DNA of 64,000 bases from an uncultured Chloroflexia bacterium (GTDB lineage Bacteria > Chloroflexota > Limnocylindria > Limnocylindrales > CSP1-4): assembly GCA_963748625.1 (NCBI GenBank), contig CAVVJT010000004.1, positions 160,001 through 224,000 on the forward strand, written 5' to 3'. Numbering within the stretch: the stretch's first letter is position 1; every line of letters begins with the position of its first letter. Below, in pieces: positions 1 to 9,248 of the stretch. A program made the position numbers and the translations under genes. The notes beneath the pieces were generated by a model. It had not been told where the DNA came from. It made no database searches and was given only the letters and a program-made list of their open reading frames with translations.

Positions 1-664
1 GGCGTATGTCCACAAGATCGACGCGGATCACTACACCTACGCGAACCGCGCGGTGACCCTCAAGCCGCTCGACGTCTTTGCGCAAGGACAGGCGACGGGC
101 GGCACCCGTGTCCACGGCGAGGTGATGGTCGCCTCGCTGGTCACGCTGTACAAGAAGCTCAAGTTCGTCACGGACGAGAACGTCGGCTGGGGGCCGATCG
201 ACCTGCCGGAGATCGAGCTGCAGACGACGGCCTACTGGCTGACCGCCGAAGGGGCGGCGCATGGCTGGCGGCGGGACGAGCTGGACGTGGCGCTGATCGG
301 GGCCGGTCGGGCGATCCAGGCCGTGGCCGCCGTGCTCCTGATGGTGGATCCGCGCGACCTCGGTCTGGTGTCGCAGGTTCGCTCACCCCATCACGAGGCG
401 CCCACGATCTACCTGTACGAGGCGGTGCCCGGCGGCGTAGGGCTCTCCGAGCGGCTGTTCGCCCGGCACGACGAGCTGGTCGTGGGGGCAGCCGAGCTGA
501 TCCGGGCCTGCCCGTGTGAGGCCGGCTGTCCTGCGTGCACCGGGCCGCGTCTGGAGCCCGAGGTGGACGGCAAGGCCCTGGCGTTGCGGCTGCTCGGGTC
601 GCTCGGCTCACAGGCGGAGCATCCCGCCGTGGCCGAGACGGCCCCCAGGGCCGCGGTCGCATGA
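1..664 (+). CDS. DEAD/DEAH-box helicase with C-terminal DUF1998 Zn-binding domain (MrfA/YprA/Hrq1-like), 5'-truncated by window edge
   Basis: C-terminal IYLYEAVPGGVG...CPCEAGCPAC motif typical of DUF1998; ATGA overlap with the downstream exonuclease gene. Confidence 0.85.
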   Translation, partial: AYVHKIDADHYTYANRAVTLKPLDVFAQGQATGGTRVHGEVMVASLVTLYKKLKFVTDENVGWGPIDLPEIELQTTAYWLTAEGAAHGWRRDELDVALIGAGRAIQAVAAVLLMVDPRDLGLVSQVRSPHHEAPTIYLYEAVPGGVGLSERLFARHDELVVGAAELIRACPCEAGCPACTGPRLEPEVDGKALALRLLGSLGSQAEHPAVAETAPRAAVA

Positions 665-2136
665 CGCTCGAGTCGCCCATCCCCGTCACGCGCGAACGCC
701 GGCTCGCCAACCTCCGGGCGACCATGGCCCGGTCGGGTGGGGGCATGGGCGGCGCGGACATCGAGCCCGCGCGGGCGCCGTTCGCGGGACGTCGGGCTCC
801 GGAGCTGGCGGGGCGCCTCGCCCAGGCCCTGGCGGCCGACGTGGTGGGAGACGCCGGTGGCGTCCTGGTACGCCGCACGGTGGCGCCCGTGCAGATCCCG
901 CTGGACCGCGATCGGCTCGCCCGGCTCCCCGGCCATCCCCCCGCGGAGGTCCCTCTGGTCTGCCTGGACACGGAGACCACTGGTCTCGCCACGGCTGCGG
1001 GCACGCTCGCCTTCCTGGTGGGGCTGGCTCGCTGGGAGGGCGACACGTTCCACCAGGTCCAGCTCCTGCTGCCGGACCACGCGGACGAGCCCGCGCTCCT
1101 GGCCGAGATCGCGCGATGGGTCACACCTGATGCATGGCTCGTGACGTACAACGGCAAGGGCTTCGACTGGCCACTGATGGAGGCCCGGTACCGGCTCGCC
1201 GGCCGCGCCGCGCCCGAGCATGCGGGTCACCTGGACCTGCTGCCGTTCGTGCGCAAGGTGTTCAAGCACCGGATGGAGAACGCCCGCCTGCGCTCGGTCG
1301 AGACGGAGTTGCTCGGTGTCTCGCGCACCGGCGACGTGGAGGGCTGGGAGATCCCGCAGATCTACCTCGAGGTGCTGCGCGGGGGTCCGATCGGGCCACT
1401 GGCCGGCGTCGTGATCCACAACGAGAAGGACGTGCGCTCGCTGGGGCTGCTGCTCGCCCATGTTGAGCACAAGTACGCGGACCGGGCGTCACGCCACGAG
1501 GCGCCGCGCGGGGACCTCGCCGGTCTCGCGAGGGCCTACGCCCGGATCCGCCGCCACGACGAGGCGCTGGAGTGCCTGGACGATGCCCTCGCCGCGCCAC
1601 CGCCGGTGCGCGATCCCTTCGGGCGGACGCCGCTCGCGGCGGCGCTTGCCCGTGAGGCCGCCCAAGATGACCGTGATGCCTGGTGGACGACGAGAACCCG
1701 TCCTGACTTCGGTGGCCGGGCGCCGCGTGGCGGCTGGCGCGGCGATCGCGCGAATGGCCGCGGCGGCCCGCTGGGGCTGAGCCCCTCGGCGTCGGCCTGG
1801 GACACGCCAACAGACCGCTGGACCGACGAACGCCTCGCGGCCGAGCGTGCCCGGACGCTGCGGAGGCTCGGCAGGTGGGCCGAGGCGGCGGAGGCCTGGC
1901 AGGCGGCCGCGGCTGGCGGCGGGGGGATCGGGGTCATCGCCTGGATCGAGATCGCCAAGCTTCGCGAGCACAAGCTCGCAGACCACGGCGGCGCGCTCGC
2001 GGCCACGCGGGCTGCCTGGAGGCTGCTGGAGCGGCTCCGGGCGACGGGTCGGCCGCACCCGCGCCTCGAGGCGGACCTCCAGCGGCGCGGGGAGCGGCTG
2101 GCGAATCGAGTGCGGCGAGAAGCGGTGAGCCCCTGA
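661..2136 (+). CDS. RNase H-like (DEDD/DnaQ-type) exonuclease with TPR-like C-terminus (MrfB/YprB-like)
   Basis: LDTETTGL, VTYNGKGFD, HLDLL and HNEKDV motifs; helical repeat C-terminus; ATG at 661 overlaps the upstream stop. Confidence 0.85.
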   Translation: MTLESPIPVTRERRLANLRATMARSGGGMGGADIEPARAPFAGRRAPELAGRLAQALAADVVGDAGGVLVRRTVAPVQIPLDRDRLARLPGHPPAEVPLVCLDTETTGLATAAGTLAFLVGLARWEGDTFHQVQLLLPDHADEPALLAEIARWVTPDAWLVTYNGKGFDWPLMEARYRLAGRAAPEHAGHLDLLPFVRKVFKHRMENARLRSVETELLGVSRTGDVEGWEIPQIYLEVLRGGPIGPLAGVVIHNEKDVRSLGLLLAHVEHKYADRASRHEAPRGDLAGLARAYARIRRHDEALECLDDALAAPPPVRDPFGRTPLAAALAREAAQDDRDAWWTTRTRPDFGGRAPRGGWRGDRANGRGGPLGLSPSASAWDTPTDRWTDERLAAERARTLRRLGRWAEAAEAWQAAAAGGGGIGVIAWIEIAKLREHKLADHGGALAATRAAWRLLERLRATGRPHPRLEADLQRRGERLANRVRREAVSP

Positions 2137-2185
2137 CGGCGATCCGTTTCCAGCTCGGGCCCGATGGGCGGATGCCCTGCGACGA

Positions 2186-3100
2186 TCAGTCCGGGTTGTC
2201 GCCGCCGTGCATGCGCTCGATCGCGTCCGCGAGGTACGGGACGCCATAGACGCCCGGGCCCTCGAGGATCAGCGAGCCGACGGCGGCGCCCAGGCGCAGG
2301 TCCGGATCCGGCCCGTCCCAGTCCGCCGTGGTCTCGGGATGCACCCAGACCGCGAACACACCGGAGAGGAACGTGTCCCCGGCACCCACCGGGTCCACAT
2401 ACTTGCGGATCGGGATGGAATGCCAGTGACGCGGCTCGAGCTGGTCGGGCGTGTCGCCCACCTTGTAGGCCGTGCCGCCGTGGACACCGTTCGTGAACAA
2501 CAGCGTCGCGCCGGGCTTCATGAACGCGGCCAGATCCTCGGGCATCGTCGTTTCGGTCACGTCGTCCGCGCCCACACCGATGAGGTCGGCACGCAGAGCC
2601 ACGGGCGAGGGGCGCGGCTGCAGGTGGTGAACCGGTGCGCCTGCCTTCAGGACGCGCAGCATGCCCTGCCAGCCGAGGCCGACCAGCGCGTCGGCGGGCA
2701 CGACATCGGCCCACTCGTCTCCAACTTCCGCCGCCACGGGGGCGAGCATCCAGGCCCTGGCGTCGCGCCATTCGACTGGAAGGCACGCGGGGTCCACGGC
2801 ATCGGAGATCTGCGGCGTGTGCTGGACGCGGCCGTTGGGGGTCTCGACATTGATGAAGATCGGGCCTTTGCTGCCGGGGATCACCCGGACGTCCACGCCG
2901 GCCGCGCGGACCATGTCGAGCTCCGCCGAGGAGGCGGCCAGCTCGTCGGCAACCACGAGGGCGCCCACCCTGAGACCGAGACGTGCGAGCGCGAGCGCCG
3001 AGTACGAGGCACCCCCGCCGAGACGCCATCCGCGCTCGTCGTCGTCCACGAGGTCACGGCACGCGGCCCCAACGACCACGACCTGCGGCGTCTCGCTCAT
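2186..3100 (-). CDS. PfkB/ribokinase-family carbohydrate kinase
   Basis: N-terminal GGGASYSA and C-terminal DPVGAGDTF PfkB signatures; GGAGG RBS. Confidence 0.85.
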   Translation of the reverse strand: MSETPQVVVVGAACRDLVDDDERGWRLGGGASYSALALARLGLRVGALVVADELAASSAELDMVRAAGVDVRVIPGSKGPIFINVETPNGRVQHTPQISDAVDPACLPVEWRDARAWMLAPVAAEVGDEWADVVPADALVGLGWQGMLRVLKAGAPVHHLQPRPSPVALRADLIGVGADDVTETTMPEDLAAFMKPGATLLFTNGVHGGTAYKVGDTPDQLEPRHWHSIPIRKYVDPVGAGDTFLSGVFAVWVHPETTADWDGPDPDLRLGAAVGSLILEGPGVYGVPYLADAIERMHGGDNPD

Positions 3101-3206
3101 CCGTCCTCCACGGGGCCGTCATGAACCCCACCTATACTGGCCGTCCCCGCGCGCAGGCGCGCGCCTCCCGGCCGCTGGCGGCCGCTTCCGACCGAGGGTA
3201 GCAACT

Positions 3207-3551
3207 ATGCACTTCTACGAGCTTCACGAAGGCGACGGCGACGTCTTCGCCGACCTGACCCTTGCCCGCGAGGACGAGATGGAGCCGGAGGAGTTCTTCG
3301 ACATCGTCCAGTCGATCCGCCGGCGCATCCAGGACTCCTACGAGACGCAGACGCTGATCGAGGCGATCGCCAACGAGCTCGAGGCCGACTACGAGTTCAT
3401 CGCGATCACGGACGAGCGCCTGACGGCGGCGATCAACGTGTCGAAGGATGACGAGGAGAACTTCCTCGCGGACCTCGATGCACCCGACGACGAGCTGGAC
3501 TACGCAACGATCCTCGCGGATCTCCAGACGGAGTCCAGGCGACCGAACTAG
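3207..3551 (+). CDS. small, very acidic hypothetical protein (114 aa)
   Basis: 3' part of ORF 2661..3551 starting MHFYELHEGDG; typical codon usage; divergent from the pfkB-family gene. Confidence 0.7.
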   Translation: MHFYELHEGDGDVFADLTLAREDEMEPEEFFDIVQSIRRRIQDSYETQTLIEAIANELEADYEFIAITDERLTAAINVSKDDEENFLADLDAPDDELDYATILADLQTESRRPN

Positions 3552-3658
3552 GCGGACTCGGGCCAGCGGGCGCCAGCGCGCCGGGGTAGAGCACGCTCAG
3601 CAGCGCGCGCGGGTTGGCCTCTGCGGGCGCGGCCGGCCCGGAGCGCTGAGCCCGGGGG

Positions 3659-4762
3659 TCACTTCGAGAACAGGATCTCGATGACGTCCCCGTCCTTGAC
3701 GCGGTAGGTCTTGCCCTCGGAGCGGACCTTGCCGTGCTTCTTCGCCTCGGCGATGGACCCGAGGGCAAGGAGGTCCTCGTAGGGGATGGTCTCGGCCCGG
3801 ATGAACCCGCGCGCGAGGTCCGTGTGGATGGCGCCCGCCGCGTCGACCGCGGACGACCCAGCCGGGACCGGCCAGGCGCGAACCTCGTCCGGACCCGCGG
3901 TCAGGAAGGAGATCAGGCCCACGAGACGGTACGAGAGCTTGATGACCCGGTCCAGGGAGGACTCGACCAGGCCAAGCTCTTCCATGAACACGGCGGCCTC
4001 GTCGGCCTCGAGCTCGCCCAGCTCCATCTCGATCTTCGCCGACAGCGCGTCGACCATGGAGTGCTGGTGCTCATACCCGGAGCCGAGCGACGCCACCAGG
4101 GCCGGCGCCGTCGCCAGGTCACCCTCGCCCACGTTCAGGAGAACAAGCACGGGCTTCTGGGTGAGGAACCGGTAGCCGCGGAGCGCCTTCTCCTCGTCCT
4201 CATCGAGCGGCTCATCACGAATGGGGCGGCCACCTTCGAGGGCAGGCTTCAGCCGCTCCAGGATCGCCTGTTCGCGCTCGTTCGCCTCACGCTCGGCGGG
4301 AGTGCCATGGCGTCCTGAGCCGCGCAGCCGCTCGAGGCGCCGGTCCACCATCGCAAGGTCCGCGAGGATGAACTCGAGGTCGAGGTTCTCGAGGTCCCGT
4401 GCCGGATCGACGGAGCCTGCCGGGTGCGGGTGTGCGGCAGAATCCCAGGCCCGCACCACGTGGATGAGGGCATCGGAGTCGCGCAGGCGGGCGAGATGCT
4501 CGGCCGGCAGCTCCTCCGCGCCGACGTGGCCCTCGGTCGAGGCGGGGGGCGCGGGCAGGTCCACGTAGGTGACATCGGCGTGGACGATCTTCTTGGGCTT
4601 GAAGACCTCGGCCAGCCGGTTGAGCCGCTCGTCGGGCACCTTCACGACGCCGACGTTGAGCTGGAGGCCGCCGTAGCCGCCGGTCTCGGCATGCCCGCGC
4701 GTGAGAGTGTTGAAGACGGTGGTCTTGCCGCACCCGGCAAGGCCCACGATGGCGATCTGCAT
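3659..4762 (-). CDS. ychF: YchF/OLA1-family ATPase with atypical G-motifs
   Basis: MQIAIVGLAGCGKTT start, VPDERL, FLTQKP, FLTAGPDEVRAW, AGAIHTD..GFIRAE, EGKTYRVKDGD TGS-domain motifs. Confidence 0.9.
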   Translation of the reverse strand: MQIAIVGLAGCGKTTVFNTLTRGHAETGGYGGLQLNVGVVKVPDERLNRLAEVFKPKKIVHADVTYVDLPAPPASTEGHVGAEELPAEHLARLRDSDALIHVVRAWDSAAHPHPAGSVDPARDLENLDLEFILADLAMVDRRLERLRGSGRHGTPAEREANEREQAILERLKPALEGGRPIRDEPLDEDEEKALRGYRFLTQKPVLVLLNVGEGDLATAPALVASLGSGYEHQHSMVDALSAKIEMELGELEADEAAVFMEELGLVESSLDRVIKLSYRLVGLISFLTAGPDEVRAWPVPAGSSAVDAAGAIHTDLARGFIRAETIPYEDLLALGSIAEAKKHGKVRSEGKTYRVKDGDVIEILFSK

Positions 4763-4809
4763 GGCGTGATCGTACCGGGCGCCGCCTGCGCGCGGCCCGG
4801 GACCCGGGG

Positions 4810-5874
4810 TCAGTACCCGGCGTCCGGGTCCACCACGTTGACCAGGGCCTGCCCTTCCGCGTAGCGGCGGAGGTTCTCGCAGAACAGGTCCACCGACCGG
4901 TCGACCACCCGCGCCGACGACCACGACGTGTGCGGCGTCAGGATCACGTTGGGCAGGTCGTAGAGGGGCGAGGCCGGCGGCAACGGCTCCTCGCGGAACG
5001 TGTCGAGCACGGCGCCGCCGATCCGGCCCTCGCGGATCGCCCGTGCCAGCGCCCGCTCGTCCACCAGCTCGCCGCGCGCCACGTTGATGAGCCAGGCGCC
5101 GGGCTTCATCGCGGCGAGTGCCTCGTCCGAGATCAGGTCGTGCGTGTCCGGCGTGAGCGGGGCGGCGAGCACCACGAAGTCCGATTCACCCAGCAGCTCG
5201 AAGAGCTGCTCCGGGGGCAGCACACGATCGAGCATCAGGGAGCCGAGATACGGCTCATCACCCGCGCCCGAGGGGGCGGCGGCACCCGCCTGTGGACGCC
5301 GGCGCGTCGCCACCACGCGGCACCCGAATGCGGTCCCCAGGGCGCCAACCGCCCGCCCGAGCGACCCGAGCCCCACGATTCCGATCGTGACATCGCGCAG
5401 CTCGCGGGCCTCGAGCGGCTGCCAGGTCCGCTCCGCCTGGAGCTCGAGCAGCGACGGGAGACGGCGCGAGACCGCCAGGATCATCATCATCACGTACTCG
5501 GCCACAGGGCGGCTGAACACCCCACGGGCGTTCGTGATGACCAGGCCGCGCCGGCGTGAGGCCGGGGTCAGCACCCGCTCCACGCCGGCCGTGGCGGAGT
5601 GCACCCAGCGCAGCGAAGGGGCGCGGCCCAGGATCCGGTCGAACAGGTCTGCGGGGAGGCGCCCGCGAAGCATCACCTCCACGTCGTCGAGCGGCCCGTC
5701 CGCATGGCCGTCGAAGCCGATGGTCACGATGCGCGAGCCCGGCGCCGCGGCGCGGATGATCTCGAGGTCGCGAGACCGGTAGCGCGCGGACAGGATGGGG
5801 GTGAGGGCGATGGCCGCGGGGACCCCGCCCGGACCAGCGCCGGGGCCCGGCCCGCTCGTCCCGTCCTCCGTCAC
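4810..5874 (-). CDS. D-2-hydroxyacid dehydrogenase (NAD-binding)
   Basis: GLGSLG Rossmann motif, INVARG, EPLP, LTPH; GTG start overlapping upstream TGA. Confidence 0.88.
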   Translation of the reverse strand: MTEDGTSGPGPGAGPGGVPAAIALTPILSARYRSRDLEIIRAAAPGSRIVTIGFDGHADGPLDDVEVMLRGRLPADLFDRILGRAPSLRWVHSATAGVERVLTPASRRRGLVITNARGVFSRPVAEYVMMMILAVSRRLPSLLELQAERTWQPLEARELRDVTIGIVGLGSLGRAVGALGTAFGCRVVATRRRPQAGAAAPSGAGDEPYLGSLMLDRVLPPEQLFELLGESDFVVLAAPLTPDTHDLISDEALAAMKPGAWLINVARGELVDERALARAIREGRIGGAVLDTFREEPLPPASPLYDLPNVILTPHTSWSSARVVDRSVDLFCENLRRYAEGQALVNVVDPDAGY

Positions 5875-7106
5875 CGCGCTCCTCCTTCGACCCGGTTGAG
5901 GCCCACGCGCCGGACCCAGTCGGCCGGCCGGTCGATCTCCTCGGGCGTCGGCATCATCTCCGGACCGTCCCACAGCCTGCGCAGGGCCGTCGCGCCCGCG
6001 AGCCGCTCGATCCCCGCGACGAAAAGCTCGCCCTTACGGTACTGCTCCATCTTGAGGTCCATGCCCGTGATCCGCAGCATGGCGCGCTCGAACGGCGTGC
6101 GCTGCTCGCGGCGGCCATGGAAGCGCGCCGAGATCCGCTCCACCCCGGGCACGAGGTCCTTGCCCACGGTGTCCATCACGTGATCGCCGTAGCCCTCCAG
6201 GAGTGCCATCACGGCCTGCGTCTCGCGGAACAGCCGGCGCTGCTCGTCCGACATCAGGCGCTCCATCCAGTGCTGGTCGTCCCCGCGGCCTTCGCCACGC
6301 AACGAGGCGCCGATCGCCCGCATGGCGTCGTGGCCCATCGTCCGCGCGTCGGCCGAGAACAGGGCCAGCTGCCGCTCGAGGCGCTCGGCGAGGTACGGGC
6401 GCAGCCAGGGGTGCGCCTCGAACTCGAACGCGTGCGTCGTCTCGTGGAGCGCGATCCAGGTGCGGAACGGCCCCAGCGGCACGTCCATCACCTTCGCCGT
6501 GTGGCGGATGTTCTCCTCCACGAACAGCAGGCGCCCGGGCGTGGTCTCTGCGGTCAGCAGGGCGATGTCGTACTGGCCCTGGACCCGCTGGCCCATGAAG
6601 CCCAGCAGCAGGCCCATCTGGCGCGTGGTCACCCAGCGGTTCGCATAGGTGATGGTGGCCTTCGCCATACCCGCGCCCGGCGGCAGCATCTGCTCGAGGA
6701 GCCCTTCCTCCAGGCGGCCGATGAGGCCGGCGAAGGCGGACGTGTTGGCCCGCACCCATCCCGCCCGGTCCACCACCGCCACGCGGTCCACCACGCCCGG
6801 CAGGTCGGTCTCAAGGTGCGCGGACAAGGCAGGGACGACCCGTGCCATCGCTGCGGCGTACTCGGCCTCGGCGGCTCGCAGCTCGGCCTGCGACAGGGTG
6901 CCCGGCGCGCCCCGGAGGCGCGCGATCGCGATGTCCTCCACGCGCCGCCAATCCACGAGGCCTGCGTTGCGGGCGTTGCGCTCCATCTGGCGGCCTGCGA
7001 CCGTGACCGCAGCCCCCAGCACGGACCCCACCACGAACCCGACCTTCCAGAGGCGGTCGTCGGAGATGGGTCCGCCGCTCCGGCGCGGCGGCTCCGTGGC
7101 CGGCAT
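5871..7106 (-). CDS. zinc-dependent metalloprotease, zincin (DUF2342/F420-associated type)
   Basis: WIALHETTH (HExxH), LLEGYGDHVMD, KMEQYRKGELFV, PTPEEI motifs. Confidence 0.82.
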   Translation of the reverse strand: MPATEPPRRSGGPISDDRLWKVGFVVGSVLGAAVTVAGRQMERNARNAGLVDWRRVEDIAIARLRGAPGTLSQAELRAAEAEYAAAMARVVPALSAHLETDLPGVVDRVAVVDRAGWVRANTSAFAGLIGRLEEGLLEQMLPPGAGMAKATITYANRWVTTRQMGLLLGFMGQRVQGQYDIALLTAETTPGRLLFVEENIRHTAKVMDVPLGPFRTWIALHETTHAFEFEAHPWLRPYLAERLERQLALFSADARTMGHDAMRAIGASLRGEGRGDDQHWMERLMSDEQRRLFRETQAVMALLEGYGDHVMDTVGKDLVPGVERISARFHGRREQRTPFERAMLRITGMDLKMEQYRKGELFVAGIERLAGATALRRLWDGPEMMPTPEEIDRPADWVRRVGLNRVEGGAR

Positions 7107-8056
7107 CAGCCCGAGGCCCCCCGCTCCATGGACCAGAGCTCGATGGAGCTGAGCTCGACGGCGTCCACGTCCGGGAACGCCTCCCCGAACATCCGCGAAG
7201 CAATCGCGCGGAACCGCTCCACGTCGCCGGTCGTCAGCTGCACGTGGGTGGGCGGGGCGCCGTACGTCTCGGCGGGGCGCGAGTGGCCTGCGGCGCCCGG
7301 ATCGGCGGCGGTGCCGCGCGTGGTGCCCGGGGCCTCGAGGCCGTTGACCGACAGCAGCTCAGCAAGGGTGGCGGCGGTCGCCGTGGCGGAGTCCACGATC
7401 GCGACGCGGTCGCCCACGATGGCGGTCAGGATCGGGCGCAGCAGCGGGTAGTGGGTGCAGCCCAGGAGCAGTGTGTCGATCTTGGCCGACGGCGGCCTCG
7501 GGAACACGAACTCCCCTGCCCCGTCGCGCTCGCCAAGCAGCGGCGCAAGCTCCTCCTCCACGACCGCCTCGAGCTCAGCACCCGAGAGGATGCCCGCCTC
7601 CACCATCGGCACGAAGCGTGGCGTGGCGTGCTCGTACACCTCGACCGCCGGGTTCTCGTCCTTGATCGCGTTGAAGTACGCGTGGGAGCGCACGGTGGCG
7701 GGGGTGGCGATCACGCCCACGCGCCGGTTGCGGGTCGCAAGGGCCGCAGCCGCAGCACCCGGCCGCACGACGCCCAGGACCGGCAGGTCGTACCGCGCAC
7801 GCAAGTCGCGCAGGGCGACCGCCGTGGACGTGTTGCAGGCGACCACGAGCGCCTTGACATCGCGCTTGGCGAGCTCGTCGAGCGCCTCCATGGAGAACTG
7901 CCGGACCTCGTCGTCGGAGCGGACGCCGTACGGGGCGCGCGCGTTGTCGCCCAGGTAGATCGTGGACTCGTGGGGCGAGCGGCGCAGGATCTCGCGCAGG
8001 ACGGTCAGACCGCCGACGCCCGAGTCGAAGACGCCGATGGGTCGCGGGTCGGACAC
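7106..8056 (-). CDS. murI: glutamate racemase
   Basis: IGVFDSGVGGLTV, PYG, VACNTS, LLGCTHYP motifs. Confidence 0.95.
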   Translation of the reverse strand: MSDPRPIGVFDSGVGGLTVLREILRRSPHESTIYLGDNARAPYGVRSDDEVRQFSMEALDELAKRDVKALVVACNTSTAVALRDLRARYDLPVLGVVRPGAAAAALATRNRRVGVIATPATVRSHAYFNAIKDENPAVEVYEHATPRFVPMVEAGILSGAELEAVVEEELAPLLGERDGAGEFVFPRPPSAKIDTLLLGCTHYPLLRPILTAIVGDRVAIVDSATATAATLAELLSVNGLEAPGTTRGTAADPGAAGHSRPAETYGAPPTHVQLTTGDVERFRAIASRMFGEAFPDVDAVELSSIELWSMERGASG

Positions 8057-8079
8057 GGCTGCCGGACGCCTCGCCGGGC

Positions 8080-9219
8080 CTAGCGCCGGGCCGCGACCGG
8101 GGCCGCCCGGCCCAGGAGCTCGGTCGCGGTGCGCATGACGTCCTGGCTGATCTGGGCGGACGGATCCGCGAGGACGAACGGGATGCCCTCGTTGTTGGCG
8201 CGCACGACCAGGGCACCACCCGAGCTGATCGAGTGCTCCGGCTTGCGGCCCAGCGCACGATTGAGCACCTCGGGGTCGAAGCCGCCGCTGGAGTCCGAGC
8301 GGTTGATGAGGTAGCGGACCTTGGTGGGCGGGTAGCCGATCATCCGGAAGGCGTCGGCCATGACCATCGTGCTGTGGATGGTGGTCGAGTCGTAGGTGAC
8401 CACCTCGAGGATCGTGTCCGATGCGTCGAGGAACGCGAGGTTGACATCGTTCACAACCGCGGGTGTGTCCACGATCACCACCTCGTAGACACGGCGCAGG
8501 AGTGAGAGCGTCTTCTCGAGATCACGAACGGTGACCATCTCGGCCATCTCGACGCGCGGCGGTGCAAGCAGGATGTCGATGCCGGACGGATCGCGCCAGA
8601 GCACGTCGGCGAGGTCGGACTCCTGGATCCGGTCCGTGGGCAGGTCGAGCAGCGATGGCGCCTCGGACGGGACCTTGAGCAGGGCGCGCATGTCGCCGAA
8701 CTGCAGCGAGCCGTCGATCAGGACGGTCTTCAGGCCGAGCTGGCCGATGCCGACCGCCATGTTGAACGCGAGGGTGGTCTTGCCGACGCCGCCCTTGGGC
8801 GCGAAGACCGTGATCATCCGCGCCGTGCCCACCGAGTCCGCCACCTGGGCAGCTTCGTGCACCCGCTGGACACCGTTCACGAGCTCGTAGCCGGTGAACG
8901 GCATGCCGAGAACGGCAGAGATCCCGTTGTAGGGATCCACGCTCACCGGGTTCTGGGGCACGGTGAGCACGATCACGGGGATCCGCATACCGGACTGGTT
9001 GATCTGGGCGACCAGGTTCATGCCCTTGAGGCGGCCTTGCAGGAGCGCGTCCACCAGGATCACGTCAGGCCGGAGCTCGTTGATCAGGTTGAGGACACGC
9101 GTCCCATCGGACACGACGTCCAGCAGCTTGATCACGGACTGCGAGTTGAGCAGCCCGCGGATGTACTGGGTGACCTGGGGGACGTCCTCGACGACGAGCA
9201 GGCGGATCTGGTCGGGCAT
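8080..9219 (-). CDS. CpaE/TadZ-like protein: receiver domain plus MinD/ParA-type ATPase
   Basis: N-terminal receiver (LLVVED...VILVD), deviant Walker A KGGVGKTT, LQFGD, VIVDTP. Confidence 0.82.
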   Translation of the reverse strand: MPDQIRLLVVEDVPQVTQYIRGLLNSQSVIKLLDVVSDGTRVLNLINELRPDVILVDALLQGRLKGMNLVAQINQSGMRIPVIVLTVPQNPVSVDPYNGISAVLGMPFTGYELVNGVQRVHEAAQVADSVGTARMITVFAPKGGVGKTTLAFNMAVGIGQLGLKTVLIDGSLQFGDMRALLKVPSEAPSLLDLPTDRIQESDLADVLWRDPSGIDILLAPPRVEMAEMVTVRDLEKTLSLLRRVYEVVIVDTPAVVNDVNLAFLDASDTILEVVTYDSTTIHSTMVMADAFRMIGYPPTKVRYLINRSDSSGGFDPEVLNRALGRKPEHSISSGGALVVRANNEGIPFVLADPSAQISQDVMRTATELLGRAAPVAARR

Positions 9220-9248
9220 TGGCGGGACGATACCACCTCGCGCCGGGG

